Below, in pieces: positions 29,132 to 39,143 of a stretch of 64,000 nucleotides of DNA. How positions within the stretch are numbered: the stretch's first letter is position 1; the number at the start of each line of letters is the position of its first letter. The stretch spans positions 1 to 64,000 of IMG/VR virus record IMGVR_UViG_3300022602_000036; one strand, written 5' to 3'. The notes under the pieces are model-generated. The model was not told the DNA's origin. It made no database searches and was given only the letters and a program-made list of their open reading frames with translations. The translations under genes and the position numbers were made by a program. The stretch comes from a virus.

Positions 29132-29575
29132 ATGAAACAAGTATATGTAAATTCGTTAGATATCCCACAAATTCACAGATTTGCTGTGGGCTTTGACCGT
29201 ATGTTTGATGAACTTGCTCGTACAGCAGGTACATTAAACTCAAGTAACTATCCACCATACAACATCGTTCGTGTTGCTGAGAACGAGTATGAAATTGAAG
29301 TAGCAGTCGCTGGCTTTGCAGAAGACGAACTAGATGTTGAAATGCAAAATGGTGAACTGTTTGTGCGTGGTGAATCAAAAGCCACTGACACACGTGTGGG
29401 CAACTACTTACATCAAGGCATTGCTGCACGTGACTTTACACGCACGTTTGCTCTTGCAGACAACGTTGAAGTCAAAGGTGCTAGTGTTAAAAACGGCATC
29501 TTAACAATCAAATTGGAAGTGTTTGTTCCTGAACACGAAAAGCCAAAAAAGATTGCAATTACCTTTCAGAAGTAG
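29132..29575 (+). CDS. Small heat-shock protein Hsp20 (IbpA-like)
   Basis: NYPPYNI, AVAGF, YLHQGIAARDF, NGIL. Confidence 0.95.
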   Translation: MKQVYVNSLDIPQIHRFAVGFDRMFDELARTAGTLNSSNYPPYNIVRVAENEYEIEVAVAGFAEDELDVEMQNGELFVRGESKATDTRVGNYLHQGIAARDFTRTFALADNVEVKGASVKNGILTIKLEVFVPEHEKPKKIAITFQK

Positions 29576-29629
29576 TATAATTAATAGTAAGGGGTAAGGA
29601 AACTTACCCCGCTATTCAACTAAAAAATT

Positions 29630-29962
29630 ATGTCAATTATAGAAAAGGAACATATGGGTACCAAAGCTGTCACAAGGACAAAGCCTGTCCCTAACTTTGA
29701 TTTGCAAGAACCTCCAATGTATCGTGTGATCTACATTAATGATAATGTAACTACCATGGAGTTTGTTGTGGAAACATTGGTAACTATATTCAATCATACA
29801 CCAGAATCAGCAGAAGCAGTTACAATGAAGATCCATGAAGAAGGATCAGGTATTGCCGCTGTACTACCATATGAAATGGCAGAACAAAAAGGTGTAGAAG
29901 TAACGCAACTGGCCCGTAACAACGGATTTCCACTGCAAGTTAAACTAGAACCAGACGCATGA
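29630..29962 (+). CDS. clpS: Clp protease adaptor ClpS
   Basis: PPMYRVIYINDNVTTMEFVV, IHEEG, FPL. Confidence 0.92.
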   Translation: MSIIEKEHMGTKAVTRTKPVPNFDLQEPPMYRVIYINDNVTTMEFVVETLVTIFNHTPESAEAVTMKIHEEGSGIAAVLPYEMAEQKGVEVTQLARNNGFPLQVKLEPDA

Positions 29963-30447
29963 TTTTCAACAAGATTAAAGAACTCAAAGCTGAAGGTAAG
30001 CGCATAGGTATCACCTTTAGTACCTTTGACATGCTACATGCTGGCCATATAGCCATGTTAAGTGAAGCTAAAAACCACTGTGATTACCTAATATGTGGAT
30101 TACAAACAGATCCAACTATTGATCGTCCTGACACTAAGAACAAACCTGTTCAAAGTATTGTTGAACGTCAAATTCAATTGGCCGCTTGTCGTTATGTAGA
30201 TGAAGTTGTTATCTACCAAACAGAACAAGACCTAATTGACTTGCTGTTAATCCTACCACTTGATGTGCGTATTTTAGGTGAAGAATATCAACATACTGAT
30301 TTTACTGGTAAAGAAGAATGTCTATATCGTGGCATTGAATTAATTTACAATAAACGTGATCATTCATTTAGTAGTTCAAGTTTACGTAAACGTGTAGCAC
30401 ATGCCGAAACTGAAAAATTATTGAAGGCTAAACATGAAACTAAGTGA
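29959..30447 (+). CDS. Cytidylyltransferase (TagD-like, HIGH family)
   Basis: TFDMLHAGH and RDHSFSSS. Confidence 0.88.
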   Translation: MIFNKIKELKAEGKRIGITFSTFDMLHAGHIAMLSEAKNHCDYLICGLQTDPTIDRPDTKNKPVQSIVERQIQLAACRYVDEVVIYQTEQDLIDLLLILPLDVRILGEEYQHTDFTGKEECLYRGIELIYNKRDHSFSSSSLRKRVAHAETEKLLKAKHETK

Positions 30448-30619
30448 AGATACAAAATTTTTTATCCTACTATTTGTTGTTATTGCATCAATGGTCATGG
30501 CATTTTTTCCACCTAAACCAGAAGTAACAGTGTTCTATGACTGCCGCATAGCTGAGATTAGTCCAGATGTGCCACCCAAGGTCAAAGAAGAATGTCGTAA
30601 GAAAATGGAGAAACACTAA
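30434..30619 (+). CDS. Small membrane-anchored protein
   Basis: TM helix then YDCRIAEISPD..C. Confidence 0.65.
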   Translation: MKLSEDTKFFILLFVVIASMVMAFFPPKPEVTVFYDCRIAEISPDVPPKVKEECRKKMEKH

Positions 30620-31152
30620 TGGATGTGATGTTAGACTTAGAAACGCTAAGTGTGCGTCCTGATGCTACAATTTGTACATTTGGTGCTTGTAAATTTAGTC
30701 CTTATAACCAAGAAGACATTGTAGACGGTATCTACTTCCGCATTGACATTGACAGTCAAATTGCTCTAGGACGACATGTAGATGACAATACTATTGCTTG
30801 GTGGGGTAATCAAGCAGAAGATGTCCGTGAAGAAGCTCTGGGTGAAGGTGATAGAGTCAGCTTAGAAAAGTTTACGCAAGAACTAAACAGATTTATTGTA
30901 GGTTGTGATAATATCTGGGCACAAGGTCCAGTATTTGACATTGTTATTTTAGAAAACCTATATCGCCAAATGGGCTTACCATGCCCATGGCAGTTCTGGC
31001 AGATCCGTGATAGTCGTACCTTGTTAAGTAGCCTAGGTGACCCACGTGAAAAGAACAAAGCAGGCCTACACAATGCCTTAGAAGATGCAGTAAGTCAAGC
31101 ACAGGCTGTGCAGTACGTGTTTAAACAAGCAGGTATTACGGAGAAGCGTTAA
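30619..31152 (+). CDS. DEDDh 3'-5' exonuclease (DexA-like)
   Basis: MLDLETL, FDIVIL, HNALEDA. Confidence 0.88.
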   Translation: MDVMLDLETLSVRPDATICTFGACKFSPYNQEDIVDGIYFRIDIDSQIALGRHVDDNTIAWWGNQAEDVREEALGEGDRVSLEKFTQELNRFIVGCDNIWAQGPVFDIVILENLYRQMGLPCPWQFWQIRDSRTLLSSLGDPREKNKAGLHNALEDAVSQAQAVQYVFKQAGITEKR

Positions 31153-31472
31153 TGCAGATTATATTTGGGCGTGAAAACGCAGAAAAACTCAGAGAAAAGT
31201 ACACAGTACTTGATCTAGAAACAGTAGAAAAAGATGGACACAGTCTAGAAGTATTTTGTCTAATTCCTGGTGATAAAATTGGTCTAGGTGATTTACCACA
31301 GTTAGAAAGCTGGGTTAAACTACATCACGATTTCCTTAATGGGTATTCTAAACAAGAATATGACTACTGCCTACAATGCATTGAACATCTTCGCGGCAAG
31401 TTTGGCGGAGAAGTAGACACATTCTACGATGAAATTCTTCGTCGTATCAACGAAAAAGACGTCAAAGTTTAA
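31152..31472 (+). CDS. Stand-alone protein resembling the C-terminal part of the class III cyclase at 48494
   Basis: By-eye alignment to the cyclase tail (see findings). Confidence 0.6.
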   Translation: MQIIFGRENAEKLREKYTVLDLETVEKDGHSLEVFCLIPGDKIGLGDLPQLESWVKLHHDFLNGYSKQEYDYCLQCIEHLRGKFGGEVDTFYDEILRRINEKDVKV

Positions 31473-31507
31473 TCTAGATTAAGATTAAAGTACTATAAAA
31501 CTTCACC

Positions 31508-31543
31508 CTAGGGTTCTAGTAAATATTAATACTAGGAGCCTAG
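31508..31543 (+). promoter_or_regulatory. Late-type promoter (TAAATA) inside a hairpin that masks the csgF RBS
   Basis: CTAGGGTTCTAGTA/TACTAGGAGCCTAG, 13 of 14 pairs; AGGAG at 31534-38. Confidence 0.7.
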
Positions 31544-31546
31544 ACA

Positions 31547-31999
31547 GTGAAAAAAATAATAATAACAATCACTTTCTTAGCGGCATCAACTGCGACGGCC
31601 GCACCTCTGCCTGACTATACATTCAAAAGCCCAAGCTTCAATGGCAATGGTTACGGCACTTATGTCTTAACCATACAGAACGAAGAGTTTACTCGCAAGC
31701 AGGCAATTGAGCAGGCCTTACAAGCAGCACAGCAACAGGCCAAAACAGATGCAGCTAATACTCCTATTAACCAGTTCCTAGTAAACTTAGAATCACGTGT
31801 GCTAGCACAGGTAAGTCAAAACCTAGCTACTGCTATGTTTGCTCCTGGTGCAGCCACTAGCGGAACATTTAATTTCCAAGGTAATACAATATTTTGGCAT
31901 AACCTAGGGAATTCTGTAGAATTACAAGTAACGGATAACTTGGGGAATGTAACCACGATCAATGTACCACTAGGATCATTTACATTTACACAACCATAA
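31547..31999 (+). CDS. csgF: Curli assembly protein CsgF-like
   Basis: Signal peptide, YTFKSPSFNGNG, F..NLESR, T.I.VP. Confidence 0.85.
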   Translation: MKKIIITITFLAASTATAAPLPDYTFKSPSFNGNGYGTYVLTIQNEEFTRKQAIEQALQAAQQQAKTDAANTPINQFLVNLESRVLAQVSQNLATAMFAPGAATSGTFNFQGNTIFWHNLGNSVELQVTDNLGNVTTINVPLGSFTFTQP

Positions 32000-32000
32000 T

Positions 32001-33032
32001 ATGAAAAGAATAATAACAATATTAGCTATATTATCGTTGACTGGCTGTGCCACTATACAGAAAGCTGGATATGAGTCTAAACCAGAAACAGTGGGTATTA
32101 AACTACAAAAAGAGTTTGATACTATACCAGCACCAATGGGCAAGCCTATTACTGTGGCTGTGTATAGTTTTAAAGATCAAACTGGGCAACGCCGTAATAT
32201 ACCAAACATTGCTAGTTTTAGTACTGCGGTAACACAGGGTGCTGAGCCGTTTTTAATACGTGCCTTACAGGAAGTAGGACACGGACAATGGTTTGATGTA
32301 GTAGAACGTGTTAACGTGGACAACCTAGTTAAAGAGCGTACTATTATCAAACAGATGCGCGATGCCTACGAAGGCACTAATGCTAAACCACTAATGCCCT
32401 TACAGTTTGCTGGTGTTATTATGGAAGGTGGTATTATTGGTTATGATAGCAGTATAGAAAGCGGTGGTACAGCTTATAAATGGTTGGGCATTGGTCCACA
32501 GACACAGTACAGTAAAGATGTAGTTACAGTTAGTTTGCGAGCAATATCAGTTAACTCTGGTAAAGTTCTAGCCACAGTAACAGAAAGTAAAACAATTTAT
32601 TCAACAGCTGATAGTATTGCTGTGCTTAAGTTCTTTAAAGGTGGCACACAATCATTTGAATTTGAAACAGGCTTGACTATAAACGAGCCAACAAGTTTAG
32701 CGGTGAAAACTACAATTGAAGCCGCAGTAGTAGAGTTGATCAAAGAAGGTCAACGTAAAGGAATTTGGGACTATAGAACTAATGCTCCACAGGCATTACC
32801 TGTAGTACCAAGTACTCCTGTAGCACAACCTCCAGAGCCAGCGGTGGTAACACAACCAATAGCTAAAGAGGAACCAATTGAGGCCAAGGCGGTGGAAGAG
32901 CCAACAGCACCAGTGGAAGTAAAACAGGAAACTAAGAAACCACAGGTAAAAAAGAAAACTAATAAACTAATGCCAGTGGTGGATAACGGACCTAAAGTGT
33001 CCAAGGAGCAGATAGATGTTAAATTACATTAA
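32001..33032 (+). CDS. csgG: Curli secretion channel CsgG-like lipoprotein
   Basis: LTGC lipobox, VAVYSFKDQTGQ, STAVTQG, WFDVVER, EGGIIGYD. Confidence 0.93.
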   Translation: MKRIITILAILSLTGCATIQKAGYESKPETVGIKLQKEFDTIPAPMGKPITVAVYSFKDQTGQRRNIPNIASFSTAVTQGAEPFLIRALQEVGHGQWFDVVERVNVDNLVKERTIIKQMRDAYEGTNAKPLMPLQFAGVIMEGGIIGYDSSIESGGTAYKWLGIGPQTQYSKDVVTVSLRAISVNSGKVLATVTESKTIYSTADSIAVLKFFKGGTQSFEFETGLTINEPTSLAVKTTIEAAVVELIKEGQRKGIWDYRTNAPQALPVVPSTPVAQPPEPAVVTQPIAKEEPIEAKAVEEPTAPVEVKQETKKPQVKKKTNKLMPVVDNGPKVSKEQIDVKLH

Positions 33033-33846
33033 AAGTTTATTCGCAGTGTTATTACTTACTACAAGTGTGGCCTATGCTGACAACAACATCTATATTGATC
33101 AAAGCGGTGACTCTAACACTATCACAGTAACACAAGGTGATGGTAGTGGCAGCACAGGCAGTGACAATATTGGTGGTACAGGCAGCGGCAGTGCCGGCAC
33201 AGGTAATCGTGCTAAAATTTACGGTAACAACAATGTTGTCAACGTAGATCAAGCTGGTACAAGTGATACCTTAAAATTGAATATCAATAACAATGCTACA
33301 AGTGGCTTTACATCAGAAACACGCAATGGTAATACATATAACAAAACATTCAATTATAGCGTAACTGGTGACAGTTCAACTGGTGTTATTAATATTACAG
33401 GTACACCTAGTGGCGGTGCAGCAACAGCCAGCTCAGGCAACCTAGTTAATATTAATCAAAGCGGTAACAGTGCTGGAGTTACTTTAAGTATTACAGGTAG
33501 CACCAACGACGTTACAGCATTAACCAGTGGTGGTAGTAGCAATACACTTACTTCAACAATCACAGGTAGTGGAAATAGTCAAGGTATCAGCCTAACAGGT
33601 GGCGGTAGCAACGCAGCAACACTAACACAAACTGGTGGTAGCAATATTATCAATTTGACCAGTGTTGGCGCAAGCAATACCTACACAGTTAGTCAAACGG
33701 GCACAGGTCACGATGCTGAATTGAGTTTCAATGGTAGTAGCAATACAGTTGCAGTTACACAGCAAGGTAGTACAGGTGTAAGCAACGTTAATGTTACTTC
33801 AGTAGGCAGCAGTAACTCAATCACTATCAACACCAACGCTCACTAA
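33016..33846 (+). CDS. Secreted curlin-repeat protein
   Basis: Signal peptide, DNNIYIDQSG, repeated N-x-x-x-x-x-Q-x-G units. Confidence 0.8.
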   Translation: MLNYIKSLFAVLLLTTSVAYADNNIYIDQSGDSNTITVTQGDGSGSTGSDNIGGTGSGSAGTGNRAKIYGNNNVVNVDQAGTSDTLKLNINNNATSGFTSETRNGNTYNKTFNYSVTGDSSTGVINITGTPSGGAATASSGNLVNINQSGNSAGVTLSITGSTNDVTALTSGGSSNTLTSTITGSGNSQGISLTGGGSNAATLTQTGGSNIINLTSVGASNTYTVSQTGTGHDAELSFNGSSNTVAVTQQGSTGVSNVNVTSVGSSNSITINTNAH

Positions 33847-33858
33847 GCGGGGTGTAAA

Positions 33859-34674
33859 ATGCGAGCATGGATATGGGCAGCAGTCTTATTTGTTACGACT
33901 CTGCCCTCTTTTGCTGGCGACAACCAAGCATATATTGATCAATCTGGTCAATTCTCAGATATTTACGTATTACAAGATGGAGTAGGCAATGGCCTATATG
34001 GTATAGGCGGCCCTGCTATTCCCACAAATACAGCTACCATTCATGGTAATGGTAATGTAGTAACCATACAACAAACAGGCTCCAACGATCAACTACAGTT
34101 GAACATGGAAACTTCCAGTATGCCACGTCCGATGACCAATGTTAGTTGTCCTACATGCCCACAACCTGTACAAGGCAACAGTTGGAGTTATAACATTAAT
34201 GGTAACAATGCCAAAGCGGTTATAGATGTCAACGCAGATGGCAAGAATACTTCAGTGAGTAATGGCATGGATGTGTCACAGATAGGTGATAATGCCGTAT
34301 ACAATGGGCGTTTTATTGGCGACCATAACTCAGTGACTGTATCAACTACAGGACTTAACCAAACAGTTAATACAAGCGTAAGCGGTAGTACTAATACACA
34401 GACTACCAGTGCCGCTAATGGTAGTTACAATATTGTCACGGTAACACAATCTGGCACAAATGGCACGGCGCAGACTAACTTAAATGGTACTGCTAATATA
34501 GTCACAGTAAATCAAACAGATGGCGCTGCAAATGGACATCGCACAAACCTAGACATTAGTGGTAATAGTAATACCATTGCTGTTAATCAAAGTAGTCTAG
34601 TAGCAGATAGTAATATAAATCTTAAAACCACTGGCAGTAATAATGTTATCAACATAACGAGTATGTCAAGATGA
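33859..34674 (+). CDS. Secreted curlin-repeat protein
   Basis: Signal peptide, DNQAYIDQSG, curlin-like repeats. Confidence 0.8.
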   Translation: MRAWIWAAVLFVTTLPSFAGDNQAYIDQSGQFSDIYVLQDGVGNGLYGIGGPAIPTNTATIHGNGNVVTIQQTGSNDQLQLNMETSSMPRPMTNVSCPTCPQPVQGNSWSYNINGNNAKAVIDVNADGKNTSVSNGMDVSQIGDNAVYNGRFIGDHNSVTVSTTGLNQTVNTSVSGSTNTQTTSAANGSYNIVTVTQSGTNGTAQTNLNGTANIVTVNQTDGAANGHRTNLDISGNSNTIAVNQSSLVADSNINLKTTGSNNVINITSMSR

Positions 34675-35795
34675 AGCAACTACTAATCTTGTTACTTGTC
34701 CCTTTACTAGCCAATGCCGCAGTGGGTACTATCACAGAACAAACAGCCCTGCCTGGTACTATTACTCGTAGTTTTACTGCCATGGAAGGTAAGAAAGGTG
34801 CTGGCATTGAAATGAATGACAAGGTACAGACTACTAAAGGTAAGATTGGCATTACATTCCAAGACGATACTAAAGTAGAAGTTAATGAAAGTAGTAAGTT
34901 AGTCATTGATGATTTTGTATTTGATCCTAAAAAGCCCAGTGCCGGCAAACTGGCTATGAAGTTTACACAGGGCACAGTTCGTTACGCATCAGGTGCTATT
35001 GCGCACAGTAACCCTAACAAAGTAGCACTAAACACGCCTAGCGCGACCATAGCAGTGCGTGGTACAGACTTTACGGCTACAGTAGATGAAATGGGCGAAA
35101 GTACTGTTATTCTACTGCCAAGTTGTCCTAAAGGTTGGGCAGATATAGACAGAGATTGTAAAACAGGTGCCATTGACGTTATTAACGATGCTGGTATGGT
35201 TAGTCTTAATGTAGCCTTTCAAGGCACTAAGGTAGCCAGTCGTACTACAATGCCAATGAAACCAACAGTATTAAACTTGTCACCTGATACGATTAACAAC
35301 CTGCTGATCGTTAGTCCGCCCAAAGAACTACGCAAGGAAGGAATAGAAACTAAAAACATATCAACTAAAAATCCTGCTGATATGTTAAATGTAGACTTTC
35401 TTAAACAAGATTATTTAAAAAATGAGTTTGAAAAAGAAGGCACACCCTTTGGAGATAACCCATTGGCACACCCACTATTAGAACAATACTTCCTTGAAAA
35501 CATTTTTGACATCTTGGCACAACAGCTACAAGAAGAACAAGCTGGACTACTAGCTAACTTGATAGCACCAAGTCAAACTAATAACATACTGCCAGACTAT
35601 AAAAAGTCTACAGGTGTTACTGAAAGTATTGGCGCAAGTGAAGTTACCTTATGCCGTAGTGATGGCAGTAACAATCAATGTATTAGTACTCCTAAAGATC
35701 AAAATAGTCTACTAGTAGAAACACAGGGCGCAGTTACTATTAAAAACCGTGTCAATCAAGGTGCGGGCAGTACTATAACGGTGATACAACGATGA
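34671..35795 (+). CDS. Secreted FecR-domain protein
   Basis: Signal peptide, ITFQDDT.V, TPSATIAVRGTDF. Confidence 0.85.
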   Translation: MKQLLILLLVPLLANAAVGTITEQTALPGTITRSFTAMEGKKGAGIEMNDKVQTTKGKIGITFQDDTKVEVNESSKLVIDDFVFDPKKPSAGKLAMKFTQGTVRYASGAIAHSNPNKVALNTPSATIAVRGTDFTATVDEMGESTVILLPSCPKGWADIDRDCKTGAIDVINDAGMVSLNVAFQGTKVASRTTMPMKPTVLNLSPDTINNLLIVSPPKELRKEGIETKNISTKNPADMLNVDFLKQDYLKNEFEKEGTPFGDNPLAHPLLEQYFLENIFDILAQQLQEEQAGLLANLIAPSQTNNILPDYKKSTGVTESIGASEVTLCRSDGSNNQCISTPKDQNSLLVETQGAVTIKNRVNQGAGSTITVIQR

Positions 35796-37267
35796 AAAAG
35801 TTACTGTTAATCTTATTACTTGTATGTTCTAGTGCATGGGCTGACGTTACCCAAGAACATTTTAGCTTCGCACAGGTATTTGATGTACAGTGGTATACCA
35901 GCAACGGCAAATTATATGCCAGCAGTTTCAATTATTTGTATGCCAGTGTCAACGCAAGTGGCCAATTACAAGCGGGCAGACTAACATCTACACAAACTAA
36001 TGCCTATGCATCAGCTGGTGATTATTTGGCTTTTTTTCATAGCTCAACTAATCCTGGAACCTTTGGACTTGGAGTATATGACACTAACAATAATCTAGTT
36101 CGTGTGTTGGACTACACAGGGACCTTTGTGGCTCTGGCAGATGGTGCTATATTCTATAATGGTAATGGCAGTTGGGGTACATTGTTCACTACAGCACAGG
36201 GATATAGTTATGGGCAAGGTGGATCTTGGACTATCACACAGAGTTATCCTAGTAATACCTACATGACTAATTATACTCCGCCTAACACTACTCCCTTAGC
36301 GGCAGGACAGTCGGCGCCACCTGCTGTTACTATAACCAGCAGAGTAAACTCAACAATTACCACAACAGCTACAAGTGGAGCGACGGTCTATACCTACAGT
36401 CAACCTATTACCACTACAACCTATAGTGATGGCTCTCAGACTGTGGTTAACAATGGCAGTGCAGTACTATTAAGCACAACTACTGTGGGTGGGGGCAGTG
36501 GTATTACCAATGCTGAACAAACATCAATGAACATTTCTCGTAATCAGCAGGTCAACTTGCCCACACCCAGCCACGTCTATATAGATCAAATTGGCAGTGG
36601 TGATCATATTAATATCACAGTAAACAATCAGTCTAACCTAATAGGTGGACAAGATCAAACTGCTATGAAAGTTCGTGGCGGCAATAACACAGTTACTATA
36701 CATCAGGGCGACCCTACTAATACATTAAGCACACATAACGTCATAGCCGCAGACCTACTAGGGGGAAGCAATAGTCTAACAGTTAATCAAGGCACAGACG
36801 CAAACGGTAACGGTAGTGGCACAGACTCTGGATATCATTATAGTAGCATATATGTTAGTGGAGTTAACAATTCAGTTAACGTTCAACAGCAGGCCACAGT
36901 TAATAATAACGTAGGCAACTATGCCAGCATCAATGTCACAGGCAATCAGAATAACATAGGTCTAATACAAACTGGTAACTCACCTAAACAGTTATTCACC
37001 GCAGTCTCAGGCAATCAAAATACAGAAACAATTAGTCAAACTGGACTTGGGCAGCATTTTCTAGATGTTAATCTAAATGGAGATGGTAACACTGCTACAG
37101 TAAATCAGTCAGGCAATACAGCCAACACAGCAACCATCAACCTAACCAATGCTGGTGGCCCCGCTAGTGTAAATCTAACACAAACAGGCGGACAAAGTTA
37201 TGGTATAAGTCAAACCTGCGTACAAGCAGGAGGCTGCGGTACTGTGACTGTACGTCAAGGACCGTAA
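35792..37267 (+). CDS. Secreted protein with C-terminal curlin-like repeats
   Basis: Signal peptide; VYIDQIG then Q-x-G-x-x-N repeats; terminal C..GC.V.V.Q. Confidence 0.8.
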   Translation: MKKLLLILLLVCSSAWADVTQEHFSFAQVFDVQWYTSNGKLYASSFNYLYASVNASGQLQAGRLTSTQTNAYASAGDYLAFFHSSTNPGTFGLGVYDTNNNLVRVLDYTGTFVALADGAIFYNGNGSWGTLFTTAQGYSYGQGGSWTITQSYPSNTYMTNYTPPNTTPLAAGQSAPPAVTITSRVNSTITTTATSGATVYTYSQPITTTTYSDGSQTVVNNGSAVLLSTTTVGGGSGITNAEQTSMNISRNQQVNLPTPSHVYIDQIGSGDHINITVNNQSNLIGGQDQTAMKVRGGNNTVTIHQGDPTNTLSTHNVIAADLLGGSNSLTVNQGTDANGNGSGTDSGYHYSSIYVSGVNNSVNVQQQATVNNNVGNYASINVTGNQNNIGLIQTGNSPKQLFTAVSGNQNTETISQTGLGQHFLDVNLNGDGNTATVNQSGNTANTATINLTNAGGPASVNLTQTGGQSYGISQTCVQAGGCGTVTVRQGP

Positions 37268-37338
37268 CTAAACTGTAATCTAAAATGTAATCTTTTAATA
37301 GGATATTCTTTATAAATATCTTACTAAAGGAGGACATC

Positions 37339-37500
37339 ATGATGAAACAAAGTAAACTAGTAACTAAGTTGTATCGTGCTTGTCTCGACCACGATACAGA
37401 AGCAATTAAAGAACTACGTAAAAAAGAGTTTCTTAAAATTGTGAAACACAAGGCCGAAGGGAAGCCATTCAACAGCAAATGGTCTATAGTTAGGATCTAA
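37339..37500 (+). CDS. Small basic protein (53 aa, not in ORF track)
   Basis: TATAAATA, AAGGAGG RBS, MMKQSKLVTKLYRACLDHD..., terminator follows. Confidence 0.7.
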   Translation: MMKQSKLVTKLYRACLDHDTEAIKELRKKEFLKIVKHKAEGKPFNSKWSIVRI

Positions 37501-37507
37501 CTGTATC

Positions 37508-37539
37508 AATAAAAAGCCCCTTAATTGGGGCTTTTTATT
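37508..37539. terminator. Bidirectional terminator
   Basis: AATAAAAAGCCCC-ttaatt-GGGGCTTTTTATT between convergent genes. Confidence 0.9.
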
Positions 37540-37551
37540 GAGTTAGTTTTC

Positions 37552-37752
37552 TTATGCGTAGGTATCTGGGTTAATTTTTGTTGCTTCTACTAGCTCGCCT
37601 TCGGCATTGTAGACTTTAACGGTTTGATCAACATCAACTTCAGGTTTTACATCTTTACGTGCAAAACTTAGAGCTTCTTTGATAGTTTCAAACTCATACT
37701 CTATTTGTTCTAGTACGCCTTTGATCCATCTGTTGATTTTAACTAAGCCCAT
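37552..37752 (-). CDS. Small protein (paralog of 37755)
   Basis: W..G.L....EFE....AL.FA...K.Y..TYA pattern shared with 37755. Confidence 0.7.
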   Translation of the reverse strand: MGLVKINRWIKGVLEQIEYEFETIKEALSFARKDVKPEVDVDQTVKVYNAEGELVEATKINPDTYA

Positions 37753-37754
37753 GA

Positions 37755-37997
37755 TTAAGCGTAAGTTGAATCCTGACTAGATAACCCAACTGATTGTACT
37801 AGTGAACCGTCTTCGTCATCATATATCTTAATTACTTGTTCTGTTTCAACTTCGTAAATTGTTTTTTGATGATTTACTTCAGCTTGATTAGCAAATGTAA
37901 GAGCCTGTCCTAGATCTTCAAATTCATGATCTTGAACTGTTAAACGACCTCTTTGCCATTTGTGTACTTTAACGTGATGCTTATTGTGATGTGCCAT
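37755..37997 (-). CDS. Small protein (paralog of 37552)
   Basis: Same motif pattern as 37552. Confidence 0.7.
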   Translation of the reverse strand: MAHHNKHHVKVHKWQRGRLTVQDHEFEDLGQALTFANQAEVNHQKTIYEVETEQVIKIYDDEDGSLVQSVGLSSQDSTYA

Positions 37998-38002
37998 TTT
38001 TA

Positions 38003-39055
38003 TTATCCTTTAAAAATTTTTGCCCAAATCTTACGGGTGTTATCTGTGTATTTATTTAAATTTCTTTGATTCAATGCTACATTAACAGCAGCAAAGCGGT
38101 GTGTACGCAGTAGCGCATCAGCAATTTCGTCGCTTTCAGCTGGGCGAGCATTAAACCATCTAGTAGCCCAAGGAATTTCGTAACTGCCCACTACAGGCAC
38201 ACCTTGACTGATCAAGTCAGCTGACACAATATTAAATGTTTCACTGAAGTTACACTGTAGGCCAATGTCCATGGTTGAACAGATTTCTAAGAATCCTTCA
38301 CGTGGAGTCCACTCATGTCCAATTAGTTGATGCCCTTGGCCAGCCAGATGTTGAAATAGCCCACGTAGGTTATGCATCACAGGATCGCCCTTCATTTCAA
38401 TACGGCCCATGTTGATATGGAAACGCAGTTGTTTACCTGCGGTCTGAGCAAACTTAAGAGCTGCTACAGCCTGTACCAAATGATTCTTTAACGGGCGCAC
38501 TGCACCAAAACAGGCAATGTCTACCCAGTATTTGTTCTTGTCATATTTTTTCTGTTTCATTTCTTGCGGATAGAAATTAGGCATGTAGATGATACGGCGC
38601 TGAGTTTCTTCGTCAGTCCACCCCTGTTTGATCTGCAGATAAGTTCTAACTTCATCTAACATGCGAGGAGCATTGACACCAATAACAATATTTTTGAATG
38701 TGACATAGTCGCCAATCCAATCCATGGCCATACCTTCACCAGCCATAAATGGCATTTCACTGTGTAAGCGTATGATCCAAGTTACGTTAGGATGTAGTTT
38801 GGTTAGAATTTCAAACTTTTGCGGAACAACCCAAAGTGCTTCAACAATACAGTGTGTGGGCTTATGGCGTGTTACCAAGCGATCAATGCAGTTGTTGTCT
38901 ATAGCCACTTCCATAGCTGACTCAACTCCCATGTCGTTTAGCATTTGATCAACAAAGCTGGCACTGTTAAACAAGCCTGTGCTAAGGCCCTGCGGACTGT
39001 GTTTAACTGGGTTGAAATCCTCACGCCGCTTGAGGATAAAAAGTACCTTGCTCAT
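38003..39055 (-). CDS. GT-B glycosyltransferase (family 4-like)
   Basis: FGAVRPLKN and SETFNIVSAD..GVPVV. Confidence 0.8.
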   Translation of the reverse strand: MSKVLFILKRREDFNPVKHSPQGLSTGLFNSASFVDQMLNDMGVESAMEVAIDNNCIDRLVTRHKPTHCIVEALWVVPQKFEILTKLHPNVTWIIRLHSEMPFMAGEGMAMDWIGDYVTFKNIVIGVNAPRMLDEVRTYLQIKQGWTDEETQRRIIYMPNFYPQEMKQKKYDKNKYWVDIACFGAVRPLKNHLVQAVAALKFAQTAGKQLRFHINMGRIEMKGDPVMHNLRGLFQHLAGQGHQLIGHEWTPREGFLEICSTMDIGLQCNFSETFNIVSADLISQGVPVVGSYEIPWATRWFNARPAESDEIADALLRTHRFAAVNVALNQRNLNKYTDNTRKIWAKIFKG

Positions 39056-39143
39056 TGAAAAACCTTTCTAATTGATAATATACAGCTATTTATATCTTAG
39101 ACGATTACGTGTAGATTACATTGATAATTCCTTATTATTTTTG

